Below, one piece after another: positions 1-8,804 of a DNA stretch of 56,484 bases. Below the pieces are notes generated by a model. That model searched no databases and was not told where the DNA came from. It was given only the letters and a program-made list of their open reading frames with translations. The stretch covers positions 1 to 56,484 of the forward strand of contig CAIJKW010000039.1 of the NCBI GenBank assembly GCA_903821355.1, in the 5' to 3' direction. The stretch comes from an uncultured bacterium. GTDB lineage: Bacteria > Patescibacteriota > Minisyncoccia > Phycocordibacterales > CAIZLB01. The translations under genes and the position numbers were made by a program. Numbering within the stretch: position 1 is the first letter of the stretch; every line of letters starts with the position of its first letter.

Positions 1-276
1 AAATAATAATACTGTTACAGAGACTACTCCTGCTCCAATCATTGTTTTTACAAACCACGGAACCCAAGCTAATTTATCTAACTTGCTCGCCATATTATCT
101 AACTTTTCGTTGATAACCTTGAAGTTATCTTGAGCGATAGCACAGTTATGTTCAACTCTTTCTATGATCATTTCGTGGTCTACTTTATTCTGTTTTAACT
201 GTTCTTCAATCACGCCTAACCTTTCTTCTGAGTTTACTCGTCTCTCAATATTTAATTGTTTTACTTCGGACTTCAT
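1..276 (-). CDS. small membrane protein, partial (runs off the left edge)
   Basis: The ATG at 276-274 overlaps the TGA of the upstream fibre gene (ATGA). The frame stays open to base 1. Translation MKSEVKQLNIERRVNSEERLGVIEEQLKQNKVDHEMIIERVEHNCAIAQDNFKVINEKLDNMASKLDKLAWVPWFVKTMIGAGVVSVTVLLF gives a coiled-coil N-terminus and a C-terminal TM helix. It is absent from the ORF track because there is no stop in the window. Confidence 0.6.
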   Translation of the reverse strand, partial: MKSEVKQLNIERRVNSEERLGVIEEQLKQNKVDHEMIIERVEHNCAIAQDNFKVINEKLDNMASKLDKLAWVPWFVKTMIGAGVVSVTVLLF

Positions 277-1916
277 ACTCTTTTCCAAACATAAATTGGA
301 ATACTATCTATCGTATATCCAGGAGCAATCGCTTCCCAGCTTCCGCCTAATTCAGTTGTTGGGTCTGTATTTAAAACCGACATATAAACAGAGCCGACTG
401 GGTGAGCTTCTAATTTAGCGTAGTTATCAATTCCTGTATTAACACCAATTTCTGTGTTAACACCTAGGTCGTTAAGTCCCCCAGACCCATTAAAAGTAAA
501 ACTACATCCCACTATCATATTATCGGTACTCGTCGCGTCTATGGTAACCCCGTACCCAGCGTTACCGTTTATCCCCCCTAAATTAACTCCAACCTCAGAC
601 GAATTAGATATTTCTACCCCATTAGCGTTTCCACTAAAGGAGCTTCCAGTTAGGGCACAGGAATAACTATCTAGGATAGATGCCCCATCTAAAGTATTCG
701 CTAAGAATGTTCCACCGACTGTCACACTATTACAGGTATCTAATTCTAATCCGTTTGTTCCATTACCCCCGATAAAAGCATTCACGATTGAGATATTAGC
801 ACACCTATCAAGCCTTAGTCCAAAATCAAGACACCCCACAACTCCAGGGGTTTTGTTCTCCATTAGGTGACAGTTTGTATAAACCTGTCCATATCCACAG
901 TAGTATGTTCCCACATTATTAAAGGTTCCATTAGCTGAATCAGTAACCGACATCCCCACACCAGAAGAAGCAATCATCAATGAATCAAACCCAAAGTTCC
1001 TTTGATATTGAGCCAAAACCCCAACATCAGCATTTAAAATAGTTAAATACAAAACCTGAGTATCTGTAACTGGTGTAGCAATAACATAGGCTGAATTTGA
1101 GAGAGGAGACCAAGAATATGGAGATACTAGGGTCAAAGAGGTGTCACTTTCTATACTCGCAATTTCTGCCCAAGATTCCTGTAAGAAAATCCAAGGAGCA
1201 TTCGCCATATCTACATCTGTCCAAGTCGTGCCAATACCCGTAACTACAATATCTCCAGGAGTCGCATCTACGAATCCATCCTTATAAACATTAGTCCCGA
1301 TTGATTTAATCCCGTGAGTGTTATCTAGGAAGTCTAAAATAGCTCCTTCGATGGTTTCTCCCCGAAGATAAACCCCCGATGGGATGTTAAGGTCATTATC
1401 CAAAGGATAATAACCATTTCTAAGCCCTAAAGTTCCACCAGTAACTGCCACCTCATCTATTAAATCTTGTAAGTTATCCCCCGGTACTGCTGAAAGCTGA
1501 CGAGTGTTGGTTATAATATCTTTTGCCACAACAGAACCATCTAAGCTTACCCTAAAAGGAGCTGTCGCTCTATCGGCAAACTTTTTTCCTGCATAAAAAG
1601 GATAATCAATTGGAGACATTCCTGCTGACTCAGCATCAGTGTCTCCGTCTCTCCAGATTTTATCTGTATCAAATCCCCAGTTACCGATTGAAAGAGTGCT
1701 ATCTATCGATGTCCATTGTAGGGGGCCGTTCGCTCCACCCAGATAAAAATTTCCCGTATTGTCCATATAGGTTATCCAATTAGGATGATTGTAATAACCT
1801 AAATGGGTATTATCGATAAACAAACCCTCTTTTTCAGGAGTGTCGGAAAAAGCAATAAGAGGGTTTGGTACACCCTTAGCATTTCCTAAACGATGAACGG
1901 ATGTTTTAGTAATCAA
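273..1916 (-). CDS. tail fibre / tailspike-like receptor-binding protein with a parallel beta-helix (pectate-lyase-like) core
   Basis: 547 aa; the last large gene of the tail module. GGTLGLRNGYYPLDNDLNIPSGVYLRGE is followed by repeated Gly/Asn/Thr-rich rungs (GGNGTNGLELDTCNSVTVGG, SGNANGVEISNSSEVGVNLGG, NAGYGVTIDATSTDNMIVG), as in beta-helix depolymerases. C-terminal knob motif HPVGSVYMSV..GGSWEAI..IYVWKRV. TTG start preceded by GGGGG. Confidence 0.7.
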   Translation of the reverse strand: MITKTSVHRLGNAKGVPNPLIAFSDTPEKEGLFIDNTHLGYYNHPNWITYMDNTGNFYLGGANGPLQWTSIDSTLSIGNWGFDTDKIWRDGDTDAESAGMSPIDYPFYAGKKFADRATAPFRVSLDGSVVAKDIITNTRQLSAVPGDNLQDLIDEVAVTGGTLGLRNGYYPLDNDLNIPSGVYLRGETIEGAILDFLDNTHGIKSIGTNVYKDGFVDATPGDIVVTGIGTTWTDVDMANAPWIFLQESWAEIASIESDTSLTLVSPYSWSPLSNSAYVIATPVTDTQVLYLTILNADVGVLAQYQRNFGFDSLMIASSGVGMSVTDSANGTFNNVGTYYCGYGQVYTNCHLMENKTPGVVGCLDFGLRLDRCANISIVNAFIGGNGTNGLELDTCNSVTVGGTFLANTLDGASILDSYSCALTGSSFSGNANGVEISNSSEVGVNLGGINGNAGYGVTIDATSTDNMIVGCSFTFNGSGGLNDLGVNTEIGVNTGIDNYAKLEAHPVGSVYMSVLNTDPTTELGGSWEAIAPGYTIDSIPIYVWKRV

Positions 1917-1924
1917 AGTGCCCC

Positions 1925-2389
1925 CTAGGCTGTTCGTTTAAACATATAAACAGTTATATATGGTTGAACCACTGACATAGCTAGAGACCTATCAGCTCCG
2001 CTTGTTGTGAAATTGTGTCCATGAATATTGATAGCAAACTGACTTGATCCATCGGAAGTTACATTCATATTATTATTTGATACACTGGTTGTCCCCGAAT
2101 GAAGATGATCTATACCATTAACAGTTTTAGCACCACCTGCTTTTTCGGCAACATTGAAATCTGCATCAGCTGCGTTTATTGCAACCAATGTTTGTCCCAA
2201 CCCGAAGGCAACCCATGTCCCAAACCCAAGAGAAGTTCCAGGGTTGGTAGAAACGACAGATAGATATATTGAGCCAACGGGGTAAACAGTATTTTTTAAA
2301 AAACTTAAATTATCCCTAACATAAGTATTCAAATCTGATGAACTTAAGGTTTCTTTATATCCCCAAGTTTTCGGTACGCTCCAAGCCAT
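1925..2389 (-). CDS. tail fibre-associated protein; stand-alone copy of the fibre C-terminal knob
   Basis: 154 aa. YPVGSIYLSVVSTNPGTSLGFGTWVAF ... ITVYMFKRTA parallels the C-terminus of the 547-aa fibre (HPVGSVYMSVLNTDPTTELGGSWEAI ... IYVWKRV). Lies in the tail module. Confidence 0.5.
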   Translation of the reverse strand: MAWSVPKTWGYKETLSSSDLNTYVRDNLSFLKNTVYPVGSIYLSVVSTNPGTSLGFGTWVAFGLGQTLVAINAADADFNVAEKAGGAKTVNGIDHLHSGTTSVSNNNMNVTSDGSSQFAINIHGHNFTTSGADRSLAMSVVQPYITVYMFKRTA

Positions 2390-2601
2390 TACTTACCCCC
2401 TAACTCAAAATAAAAACTTACTATCTTTTTATTACATTCGGGACAGAAGTCAAAATTATACTGAAACTGTTTCATTTCCTTTTTATCTTCTTCCTCTACT
2501 TCTTTCTCATAAAAACCCGTCATCCCGCCCAAAAGAGCCATCTCCCCATCAAGGGCAACCTCTTTTGAACAAATGTCGCAAACTAATTTTCTGTTAATCA
2601 T
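2389..2601 (-). CDS. small zinc-ribbon protein
   Basis: 70 aa with CDIC near the N-terminus and CPEC near the C-terminus. Its stop overlaps the start of the downstream gene. Confidence 0.5.
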   Translation of the reverse strand: MINRKLVCDICSKEVALDGEMALLGGMTGFYEKEVEEEDKKEMKQFQYNFDFCPECNKKIVSFYFELGGK

Positions 2602-2650
2602 AAATTTCCTTTCTTACTTAATCATATCCTTTTCTCTCTTTTTGTCAAAA

Positions 2651-4249
2651 CTACTCGCTTAAAACATCCGTCCCGTCTAAAATTGATTGGTCTAATAAGA
2701 ACCAACTCGCCAAAGTCTTAGATTGTAAATCTAAGTATTCAACATAATCCCCATCTTCAAGCAACTGCCATCTCTTTTTCTTGATAAATAAATTCTGCAT
2801 ATTAGTTCCGAAGTTCTCTGGAACTGTGACAATATCTCCAAGTTGTAAATAAGGTATTCCAACGACTTCCATGTGAATTTTAGTTAATGGGTCTTTTAAG
2901 TTAAAAAGTTTGTCATTGGCTAAGTTCTGAGCATAAGTTTCGTTCAGAATGTAATCATTTTCTATCTGTAAGATTTGGTCGCCATAAATCTGGATAGACT
3001 CATCATCTTGGACATCTACCTGAATTGCCTGAGTCACTCGTGCAATATCTCCCCTAATTGAGATGGAAGTTACATACCCATCCATTCCTGACTGGTTATC
3101 AACAGTAAATTTAACATCTTTAGCAAAGGCGTAAAAATCTTTTATATATAGATTGGAAGAAATATCTACCCCTGTTCCGTCTGACTCTGTATTTCCTTCA
3201 ATCATTGAACTCGGTGAAGCACTAGCAGAGCTGGACGGACTAACTGATGGACTTTGTGACGGACTTTTGCTAGGCGAAATGGAAGCACTTTCCGACCTTG
3301 ATGGACTCTGACTTGGACTAATGCTAGGTGATTTTGAAGGACTGCTAGAGCTTGAAACTGAGGCACTTGGGCTTCTGCTAGGACTAACAGAGGGACTAAC
3401 AGATGGACTAACGCTGGGGCTGATACTTGCTGAGGGGGATACTGACGGGGATGAACTGCCCAAAGAAGGACTCGCAGAAGAACTCGAACTTGGTGAATAA
3501 CTAGCACTAGGAGAACTTGACGGACTTCGTGAAGAACTTTGGCTTGGACTAGAAGAAGGTGATTTTGATGGACTCCTTGACACGCTTGAAGAAGCTGAAA
3601 CAGACGGAGAATAAGAAGCAGATGCACTTCTACTAGGAGAACTTGAGGGACTTCTTGAGCTAGAAGATGAATTTGAACTTGACGGACTTATGCTTGGCGA
3701 GTAACTAGCAGAAGGAGACGAAGATTGACTCACTGATGGCGAGTAACTGGCTGAGGGGCTAGCCGAAGGGGAAGAACTTTGAGGGATACCCTCGTCATAA
3801 TAAACTTGTACTTTGACAGAATCAGCACTTATTGTATCTCCTACATCCCTCCATATTTGTCTCAGATAAACTCTAAAATTAGCATTAGAGAAGTCATCAA
3901 CCACCCAAGACCCACTCCACAAGTCATTACTTGCCCCTAGTGTATATTCGGTATCGGTAGTTGTGATGGCTTGTGTCTTTTCTCTATAAGCAGTTCCATC
4001 ATATATGCCAAGTCCCAGGGAATAACCTGCCGCACCAGCTTTACCTTTTACTTTTACGATTATTCCAACTATTGTACTACCTGCTGGGATAGAGAAACCA
4101 AATGTTTTGTAATTTTGGTAGTGATCCTGTGTACCATCTATACAAGTTGCATAGGTGGCATCCTCTAAGTAGACATTGGTAGGGTTTGTCCAATAATTAT
4201 ATCCACCATACGCCTCGTTCCCTGTTGGTAACAATAATCCCGTATCCAT
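2651..4249 (-). CDS. tail-tip/baseplate-associated structural protein with an internal Ser/Pro-repeat linker
   Basis: 532 aa. A globular N-domain (about 155 aa) is followed by about 190 aa of SPSxSPS / SASYSPSVS repeats and a globular C-domain. Lies between the tail-tip protein and the fibres. The start overlaps the stop of the upstream gene. Confidence 0.6.
   Translation of the reverse strand: MDTGLLLPTGNEAYGGYNYWTNPTNVYLEDATYATCIDGTQDHYQNYKTFGFSIPAGSTIVGIIVKVKGKAGAAGYSLGLGIYDGTAYREKTQAITTTDTEYTLGASNDLWSGSWVVDDFSNANFRVYLRQIWRDVGDTISADSVKVQVYYDEGIPQSSSPSASPSASYSPSVSQSSSPSASYSPSISPSSSNSSSSSRSPSSSPSRSASASYSPSVSASSSVSRSPSKSPSSSPSQSSSRSPSSSPSASYSPSSSSSASPSLGSSSPSVSPSASISPSVSPSVSPSVSPSRSPSASVSSSSSPSKSPSISPSQSPSRSESASISPSKSPSQSPSVSPSSSASASPSSMIEGNTESDGTGVDISSNLYIKDFYAFAKDVKFTVDNQSGMDGYVTSISIRGDIARVTQAIQVDVQDDESIQIYGDQILQIENDYILNETYAQNLANDKLFNLKDPLTKIHMEVVGIPYLQLGDIVTVPENFGTNMQNLFIKKKRWQLLEDGDYVEYLDLQSKTLASWFLLDQSILDGTDVLSE
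3205..3787 (-). repeat. coding low-complexity Ser/Pro repeat (SPSxSPS, SASYSPSVS units)
   Basis: Read directly from the translation QSSSPSASPSASYSPSVSQSSSPSASYSPSISPSSS ... SSASASPSS. Same repeat vocabulary as the 1769-aa protein. Confidence 0.9.
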
Positions 4250-5763
4250 TAGGTTCTCGCTATCGGTTTAGTCGCTGCGGTAATTGGGTCATCAAGGGTC
4301 GCCCAGAAAGTTTTATTTTCCCCAGCCTTAATCTCCGTGGGAGAGTCAAGAGTCCAAATAACTTGGTTTTCTTGAACCTCTCTTGGAGAAGTTTTAACTA
4401 TAATATGATTTGATATTTCATTTTTATCTATTCTGTATGAAAAGTCTGCAATATGGTCCTTCATTGTAAAATTAAACTTAGAGTCTGAATTATTGTCGAT
4501 GTGGTCTCTGTTCCAAAAATTTAAAATTCCTGTTTCGTCAAAGAAGATTCTTCCCCCCTCGGCTTCGGCTACATTCGACATATAAAACCAAACCGACCCT
4601 TCTTGAACCCAGAAGAACGGCACGGTATTTTTACCTACATCAAAACTATAATCATCGGAAACGAGACCACCCATCTCTGCTAAGTGTCTTAAAAGGACAT
4701 CACTTCTCTGATTGACAAACATTACTGCTCCAGTAGAAACAGGAGTCACGGCAGGTTTTTCTTGTAACTCAGTCCCAAAATCGTAAGCGTGAATATTGAT
4801 AACATCATTTTTAAATTGATTCTCTAAAGTTTCGGTAAGTCCGACAAAGTTAGGAACAGTTCCACCAGCCCCGTCAGGCTTGTCTAGCATTGTAATATGT
4901 ACCTTAGAGGGTCTCCTCGGTAAAACAAAATCTCCAATAAAGTCGTTTTCATAACCAGTTAAGTTTCCTTTTTCAAATTGGACACAATCCACAACGGCAA
5001 TCTTGGTGGCCTGAATGGCGAAATCCAACCTAACCTTTCTTGCCCACGGGTGCATCCCCGATGTGACAGAGAACCTCTGGAAGGCTCCAGAATTAAGCGA
5101 GTAGGTCGATGTACCACTTGAGACAGCAAACGTGCCACTAGCGATGCATACGGCCCTTACAGTAAGGTCTCCAGTCCCCTTGGCAAAGAAGGAAGTCGTA
5201 TATGGTTGTCCAGAGACGATAGGATATTCATCTGAATAAAGGTAATTAGAAGTCAGAGCCCCAGAACCTAAATTTTTAATTAAAATAGCCTTCGAGCCTG
5301 AGACGATGCCTCTTTCCTCTCCGACAAGTTCATATCCCCCATTAGTCCCTTGAGTATTTTTAACATTCCAACCATTAGTAGATTCAAAAGAAGGATTTTC
5401 AATTAAGTTTTTATCAGTAGATGGAGTGTATCTTTGAGTCGTGTTGTCTAAAGTTAAGTCTATCTCCGAAAGAGCTGATTGAAAGTTATCCCCCCAAAGG
5501 TCAGAAGTCCCCTCGGCAGAGATAAGATTTTCTGATTCATCTTCGTAAATAAAAGAGTCCATCTGCGAGATTAACTCGTTAGGTTCTACTCCATTAGCAT
5601 AAGAGGTTAAGGTCAGAATATCCCCACTATCTAAAGTAGAAGAATCCAATCTGAACCAATTGGTCAGTTGAGTTGATCTATCCCAACAAACAGACGCTCT
5701 AACTCCTGGGCAACGAGAAGAAGCAACCGTTACTGACTGAATAAGAGCGTTTACGTTTTGCAT
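4249..5763 (-). CDS. tail-tip protein with a CBM4/9-like carbohydrate-binding insert
   Basis: 504 aa, immediately after the tape measure and small distal tail gene. The segment NLIENPSFESTNGWNV...GSKAILIKN...YTTSFFAKGTGDLTV...VVDCVQFEKG follows the NPxFE..W ... D.V.. pattern of CBM_4_9 / galactose-binding-like domains. Confidence 0.55.
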   Translation of the reverse strand: MQNVNALIQSVTVASSRCPGVRASVCWDRSTQLTNWFRLDSSTLDSGDILTLTSYANGVEPNELISQMDSFIYEDESENLISAEGTSDLWGDNFQSALSEIDLTLDNTTQRYTPSTDKNLIENPSFESTNGWNVKNTQGTNGGYELVGEERGIVSGSKAILIKNLGSGALTSNYLYSDEYPIVSGQPYTTSFFAKGTGDLTVRAVCIASGTFAVSSGTSTYSLNSGAFQRFSVTSGMHPWARKVRLDFAIQATKIAVVDCVQFEKGNLTGYENDFIGDFVLPRRPSKVHITMLDKPDGAGGTVPNFVGLTETLENQFKNDVINIHAYDFGTELQEKPAVTPVSTGAVMFVNQRSDVLLRHLAEMGGLVSDDYSFDVGKNTVPFFWVQEGSVWFYMSNVAEAEGGRIFFDETGILNFWNRDHIDNNSDSKFNFTMKDHIADFSYRIDKNEISNHIIVKTSPREVQENQVIWTLDSPTEIKAGENKTFWATLDDPITAATKPIART

Positions 5764-6093
5764 TTAAACCTCTGTTAATATAATTGAATATTGACCTGAA
5801 TACTCGGCAAGACCTGGCGTTATCACCCTATCGCTGACATCAATGTGAACTGTCGCATTTACACTTAAGTCTGTATTTACAAAAGTAACCGTCGTGTCTA
5901 GGTTATAAATTGAAAGAATATTCGCCAAATCTGTAACTGAAAGGTTGCTCCACTCCAGTGTGTAGGTTTTTTTCTTGTATCTAATCGCTCTTCTTGTCCC
6001 ACCCAATAAGGTTGTAACATAACCCCCGCCAACTTCAGTTGGTTGGCTATAAGCGTTAGGGTTGGGGAGATTAACTCCATTTAATATAAACAT
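5764..6093 (-). CDS. small distal tail component (Dit-like position)
   Basis: 109 aa, directly downstream of the tape measure gene and abutting the next tail gene. Called by position only. Confidence 0.4.
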   Translation of the reverse strand: MFILNGVNLPNPNAYSQPTEVGGGYVTTLLGGTRRAIRYKKKTYTLEWSNLSVTDLANILSIYNLDTTVTFVNTDLSVNATVHIDVSDRVITPGLAEYSGQYSIILTEV

Positions 6094-6095
6094 AT

Positions 6096-8804
6096 TTAAC
6101 TCGCAAACCTTCTATTATCTTGATTTAATAAATCCTGAATCTTTCGGGCAAACTCTCTTTGTTCTCCTGGCGTCGCTATCATTGTTCCGACATTTAAGTT
6201 AATGTTTGTAACCTGTGTCGTTCCACCCATACCACCATTCAATAACCTTTTCTGTTGGTCTCTATTTAAAACGATTTCTCCAGGAGTAAGGAGGGCTGGA
6301 ACCCTATCCTTAAGTGCCGAGGCTCCACCGACAAACCCATTTTGTGCCTTTACTATTCCGCCATAAGCGTATTTGGCTTTTTCAACAATGCCACCATAAT
6401 AAAGCTCTTGACCCGTAGCTGCTTTCCATCCAGCCGCAAACGCTCCGCCTAGAGAACCTAGAGAATTTTTAATTGCCCGACCAATAGAAATTGCTATATC
6501 CGCTCCGACACTAACTATATTCCAAAGATAGCCAGGGATTGAAGCAATCGCATCGCTAACCGCAGCCCCCATAGATGCACCCAATCCACTTAATGACCCC
6601 ACTATTCTGCCTGGCAATCCAGAGAACCAATTCATAACTCCGTCTATGAAAACAGGGAGATTGATCCATAACCAGTCAATAGCATTTCTAAATGAGTCTC
6701 CAATTGCGACTCCCAATCCTAGAAGAAAATTGAATATTTTCCCAGGAAGTGAAACAAAAAAATCAAACACTCCTTGAGCGATAATAGGAAGGTTCACAGC
6801 TAACCAGTTAAATGCATTTATAAATGCATCACCTATGGTCTTGCCCAAAGAAATCATTGCGTCTGGAATTGTCTTAGTGACAAAGATAAAAATAGTTCCA
6901 GCAATAAATCCAAGGGCAAACATAATTTTTTCTGGGATGCCAAGAATAAACCCTATCAAGGAATTTATTATCCCCGGGATAGCATTAACCCCAGTCCAGA
7001 ATATATTTTTGATTGTTTCCCACATAGTTACAAAAAAATCAAGTATCCCATTAAAAATATCTTTTGTTACTTGGGTTATTTTTCCCCAATTTTCTTTCCA
7101 TTTTTTATAAGTATTATAAATTCCATATCCTATTATTGCCCAGGCTGCCGCAAAAGCAATTATAAGAGACGCAGCAACACCAAGTCCTCCAGCCGCTGCA
7201 CCAAGGGTTGCAATTCCTTCTGCCGCTCCCCCTATCCTGGCAGCAGTTATTGCCGTCCCCAAAACTCTAAAGGCCGTAATCAGTCCCTTAATTCCTCCAA
7301 CCGCAAGTCCTGCTCCTTCAGATATTATTCCAATCAATTCTGCAAACGAAGCCAAAACAACTAACAATGGTCCTAAAACTGCAACAAGGGCAACTATCTT
7401 AAATATCCATTCTTGAGTTTTTGGACTTAAATCTGAGAACCAATTAACCAACGGGATAATTTGTTCATCTACCAACTTAGTTAAAATGGGTAAAAGTTTC
7501 ATTCCGATTTCTATTCCAGCTGCCTTTAAATTATTAATCGCAATTGTCATCTTGGCATAGTCTGTACTCTTAACAGCGTCTGCCATTCTCTTTTGAGCTC
7601 CAGCGGAGTCTTTTACAAGTTTTAAATATTCATCTAGCGATTTGGCGGTCTTTTTAATCTCTCCACCAAAGTCGGCGGCTGAACCCTCTCCGTCTACCAT
7701 TGATTTGGCAAGGGTTTGGGTTGCGTCACTAAACAGTTCGCTATTACCTGTTGCTGCTTCCATTATAGGAATAAAGCCCGTAGCAGCATTTCTATCAAAT
7801 ACCGTCGTTAAAATATTAAGTCGTTCTTGTTGAGAACCGACTGTTGCTAATTTATTTCCAAATTCTTTGGCTATCTGACTTAATGGTTTTATCGTTCCTT
7901 GAGCATCGGCAAAACTCAAACCAAGTTCATTCATCATCTCCGTACCTTGAGCTGAAGCCCCGCCTAGTTTAGTAAAGATAGCCCTTAAATAAAAACCCAT
8001 TCTCCCTGCGACAACACCCCTATCAGCCATCGCCATTAAAGCGGCTGAAGTTTCATCAAATGACTGTCCCGCGGCTCTGCCAGCTCCTGATGCCATTTCC
8101 ATAGAATGAACAAAGTCCTCAAAGTGAAGTTGAGTTGCCTGAACTGCGAGGGCAGTTTTGTCCATAATTTCTTGTAATGTAATCCCCGTCCCTGACCAAG
8201 CGTGTAATTGAGCCGAAGCAAACTGAGCCGCTGTTCCCATATCTAAAGCTGAGGCTGTCGCAAACTGAGCCACAAGTGGGAGCATTTTCATAGATTCTTC
8301 TACCGAATAACCAGCAGAAACAAGTTCGTAAAATCCTTTTGATATTTCTTCAGCAGATTGAATCGTTACTTTAGAAAGGTCAAGAACAGCTTGTTTCATT
8401 ATTGTATATTGAGCATCTGAAATCACCGCCGTGCTAGAAGCCGCTGCCTTAACTTGAGACATACTTTTATCAAAATTATAAGCAAGATAGGTGGCTGCTG
8501 CCCCTACCGCTACAATAGGTAAAGACATGTTATAAGTTAACTGACGACCAATGTATTGAGTTTGTTTGCCCCAGTTTAACATTTTGTCACCAGAAGCAGT
8601 AAGTGAGTTTCCAAATTGAGTAAGTCTACTGGTAGCAACTTTGGCTTCATCTGCCATTTGCTTATTAACTCGTCCTGCAACAGTAGCCCCCGCTGCGGCT
8701 GCGACACTTCCTTCGGCAGCTGCTTTTTGGATTGCCTTAAGTTGGGCCATGGTTAGTTGAAACCCTAGAACCCTTGTCTCAATATTTAAACTTGCTGTTG
8801 CCAT
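6096..8804 (-). CDS. tail tape measure protein
   Basis: 902 aa and Ala/Gly-rich with long hydrophobic stretches in the middle. Lies directly downstream of the frameshifted chaperone pair. The C-terminus VPALLTPGEIVLNRDQ is typical of tape measure proteins. Confidence 0.85.
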   Translation of the reverse strand: MATASLNIETRVLGFQLTMAQLKAIQKAAAEGSVAAAAGATVAGRVNKQMADEAKVATSRLTQFGNSLTASGDKMLNWGKQTQYIGRQLTYNMSLPIVAVGAAATYLAYNFDKSMSQVKAAASSTAVISDAQYTIMKQAVLDLSKVTIQSAEEISKGFYELVSAGYSVEESMKMLPLVAQFATASALDMGTAAQFASAQLHAWSGTGITLQEIMDKTALAVQATQLHFEDFVHSMEMASGAGRAAGQSFDETSAALMAMADRGVVAGRMGFYLRAIFTKLGGASAQGTEMMNELGLSFADAQGTIKPLSQIAKEFGNKLATVGSQQERLNILTTVFDRNAATGFIPIMEAATGNSELFSDATQTLAKSMVDGEGSAADFGGEIKKTAKSLDEYLKLVKDSAGAQKRMADAVKSTDYAKMTIAINNLKAAGIEIGMKLLPILTKLVDEQIIPLVNWFSDLSPKTQEWIFKIVALVAVLGPLLVVLASFAELIGIISEGAGLAVGGIKGLITAFRVLGTAITAARIGGAAEGIATLGAAAGGLGVAASLIIAFAAAWAIIGYGIYNTYKKWKENWGKITQVTKDIFNGILDFFVTMWETIKNIFWTGVNAIPGIINSLIGFILGIPEKIMFALGFIAGTIFIFVTKTIPDAMISLGKTIGDAFINAFNWLAVNLPIIAQGVFDFFVSLPGKIFNFLLGLGVAIGDSFRNAIDWLWINLPVFIDGVMNWFSGLPGRIVGSLSGLGASMGAAVSDAIASIPGYLWNIVSVGADIAISIGRAIKNSLGSLGGAFAAGWKAATGQELYYGGIVEKAKYAYGGIVKAQNGFVGGASALKDRVPALLTPGEIVLNRDQQKRLLNGGMGGTTQVTNINLNVGTMIATPGEQREFARKIQDLLNQDNRRFAS

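Noticed and set aside
164-666. Plus-strand ORFs 164..418 and 454..666
   Set aside because: They lie antisense to the membrane-protein and fibre genes of a uniformly minus-strand operon. They have no RBS and low-complexity translations.
3202-3627. 141-aa ORF in an alternative frame inside the Ser/Pro repeat of 2651..4249
   Set aside because: It is Leu/Gln/His/Val-rich read-through of the same low-complexity DNA in another frame. Such frames stay open by composition alone, and there is no RBS.
6835-8221. ORFs 6835, 7071 and 7642 (plus strand) and 8036 (minus strand, alternative frame) within the tape measure gene
   Set aside because: They are embedded in a 902-aa gene with a clear function. 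Their composition is atypical and there are no start signals.
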